A DNA stretch of 64,000 nucleotides from Trichoplax adhaerens (Eukaryota; Animalia; Placozoa): positions 611,643 to 675,642 of the forward strand of contig NW_002060964.1 in NCBI RefSeq assembly GCF_000150275.1, given 5' to 3'. A model generated the notes under the pieces. That model had not been told where the DNA came from and did not search any database. It saw only the letters and a list, made by a program, of their open reading frames with translations. Every line of letters begins with the position of its first letter. The first letter of the stretch is position 1. Positions 62,688-64,000 of this stretch are shown one piece after another. A program made the position numbers and the translations under genes.

Positions 62688-64000
62688 CCATGTCATGTTT
62701 ATACTGAAATTTCACTTCTAGTAAAAGTAGTATTGTTTCGATGATTAAGAATTGCTTTATAATTAATTTTCTATCAACACTATAAGCGTAATTAATCGAT
62801 GATCTCGTCCCAAACTATATAAAGTTTGGCACGCATTCTAATAATTGCTAAATCATATCATGAGGTAGCTTCATTAATTAATTGATCGTAGGAATAATAT
62901 AGAATCGGGTTACTCATCTATGCAATGCCTATATGATACTATTTAATTAACCCACCATTACATACATCTTTACTAAAAAAGAGAAAACAAATTCCTTCAT
63001 TTTAGTCACCAATAGTTAATCAGCACATACAGTATCTAACAAGTCAGGATAGATATTATCAAAAGTGCTTTAATTTCTTTCAATCTGAATAAGTTTATTT
63101 ATCATTTTTATATATTATAAAGCCTAATTGCTTCTTATTTTTGCGATAATAGTAGTATCTCTACTATCTTGTTAATATTACATTAGTAAAGGTAGCTATA
63201 GCAAGGGCGTAAAGATAATTTCCAAAGTAAAGATACATGGAAAACTAATGCACATGATAATCTGGTTATTTCGATACTTTCTAAGCACTTTATTTGATCT
63301 ATTTATTACAAATTCAATATGCTAGTCCTGTAAAAACTCCATAAACCGCAGACTGTGCCAAGGATTTCATTTTCTAAATAGCATTAAATATCGGAAGGAA
63401 TAGGTGCCGATTAGCAATGTGAAAGTCTAGAAACGACTCTAACTATCGGTACACCATTAGAAGAAAATAATAATGCTGTAGATTGAGTCTATCATTTTAT
63501 TGTAGTATATCGTCATTATTGTAATAAATAACATTATTAAGATAGACATGAATGTAATTAATGTACTATATAGTTGGGTAATCATGATAAAATACTTGGA
63601 TATACGTATAACTAAATAATATGTCTTACTACTGCCATATTAAGATGCAGTCCTTTAGCCTAAAATACTGTAGTATTATATGGATATATAATATATAGCA
63701 AATATATTTAGAGATAGTGTATATATATAAGATATACGAGCATATTTTGTTTACAGCGATGAAGTGGATGTTATAAGCGGTATAGTACGCAACTTTGATG
63801 CTTAACTAATTCAATAACGTTATGCTAATACACAACAGTTGTAGGTACTGTAATGGCAGAATTTTATCGACCTTCTATAAAATTACTTCATAATTTTAAA
63901 GAATAAATTCTTTGTTATAATTCCATTCATTGTTGTATTATTGAATTTGTTTTATCCAAGCATTTTCTAATACATAATAGGGCTACTGCATCTCATGTAT

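Noticed and set aside
56450-64000. Scattered 60-104-aa ORFs in the distal region
   Set aside because: No domain similarity, codon-like periodicity or splice-consistent exons; no transposase, RT or RNA gene recognised.

Overview
This is AT-rich eukaryotic (animal) genomic DNA with many short GT-AG introns, so most entries in the supplied ORF track are exon fragments or noise. The compact architecture is consistent with an early-branching metazoan such as a placozoan (Trichoplax-like), but the species is an unconfirmed inference. Four protein-coding genes can be supported. (1) A single-exon, 178-aa minus-strand gene (4851-5387) has the hallmarks of a BAD/BMF-like BH3-only pro-apoptotic protein: a BH3 motif, 14-3-3/Akt-type sites and a C-terminal WW. 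(2) A 15-exon plus-strand gene (11424-15708) encodes an ~868-aa coiled-coil protein with UVR-like motifs, and its last intron is a U12-type AT-AA (or AT-AC) intron. (3, 4) Two full-length conventional beta-spectrin genes lie in tandem on the minus strand (16907-32257 and 40343-54557). They share intron positions, a repeat-9 insertion, a divergent tetramerisation repeat and a conserved post-repeat-17 motif. Small tandem duplications, a decayed coding-like repeat and a ~60-nt hairpin lie in intergenic DNA. The top candidate for something new is the BH3-only-like gene and its linkage to beta-spectrin.
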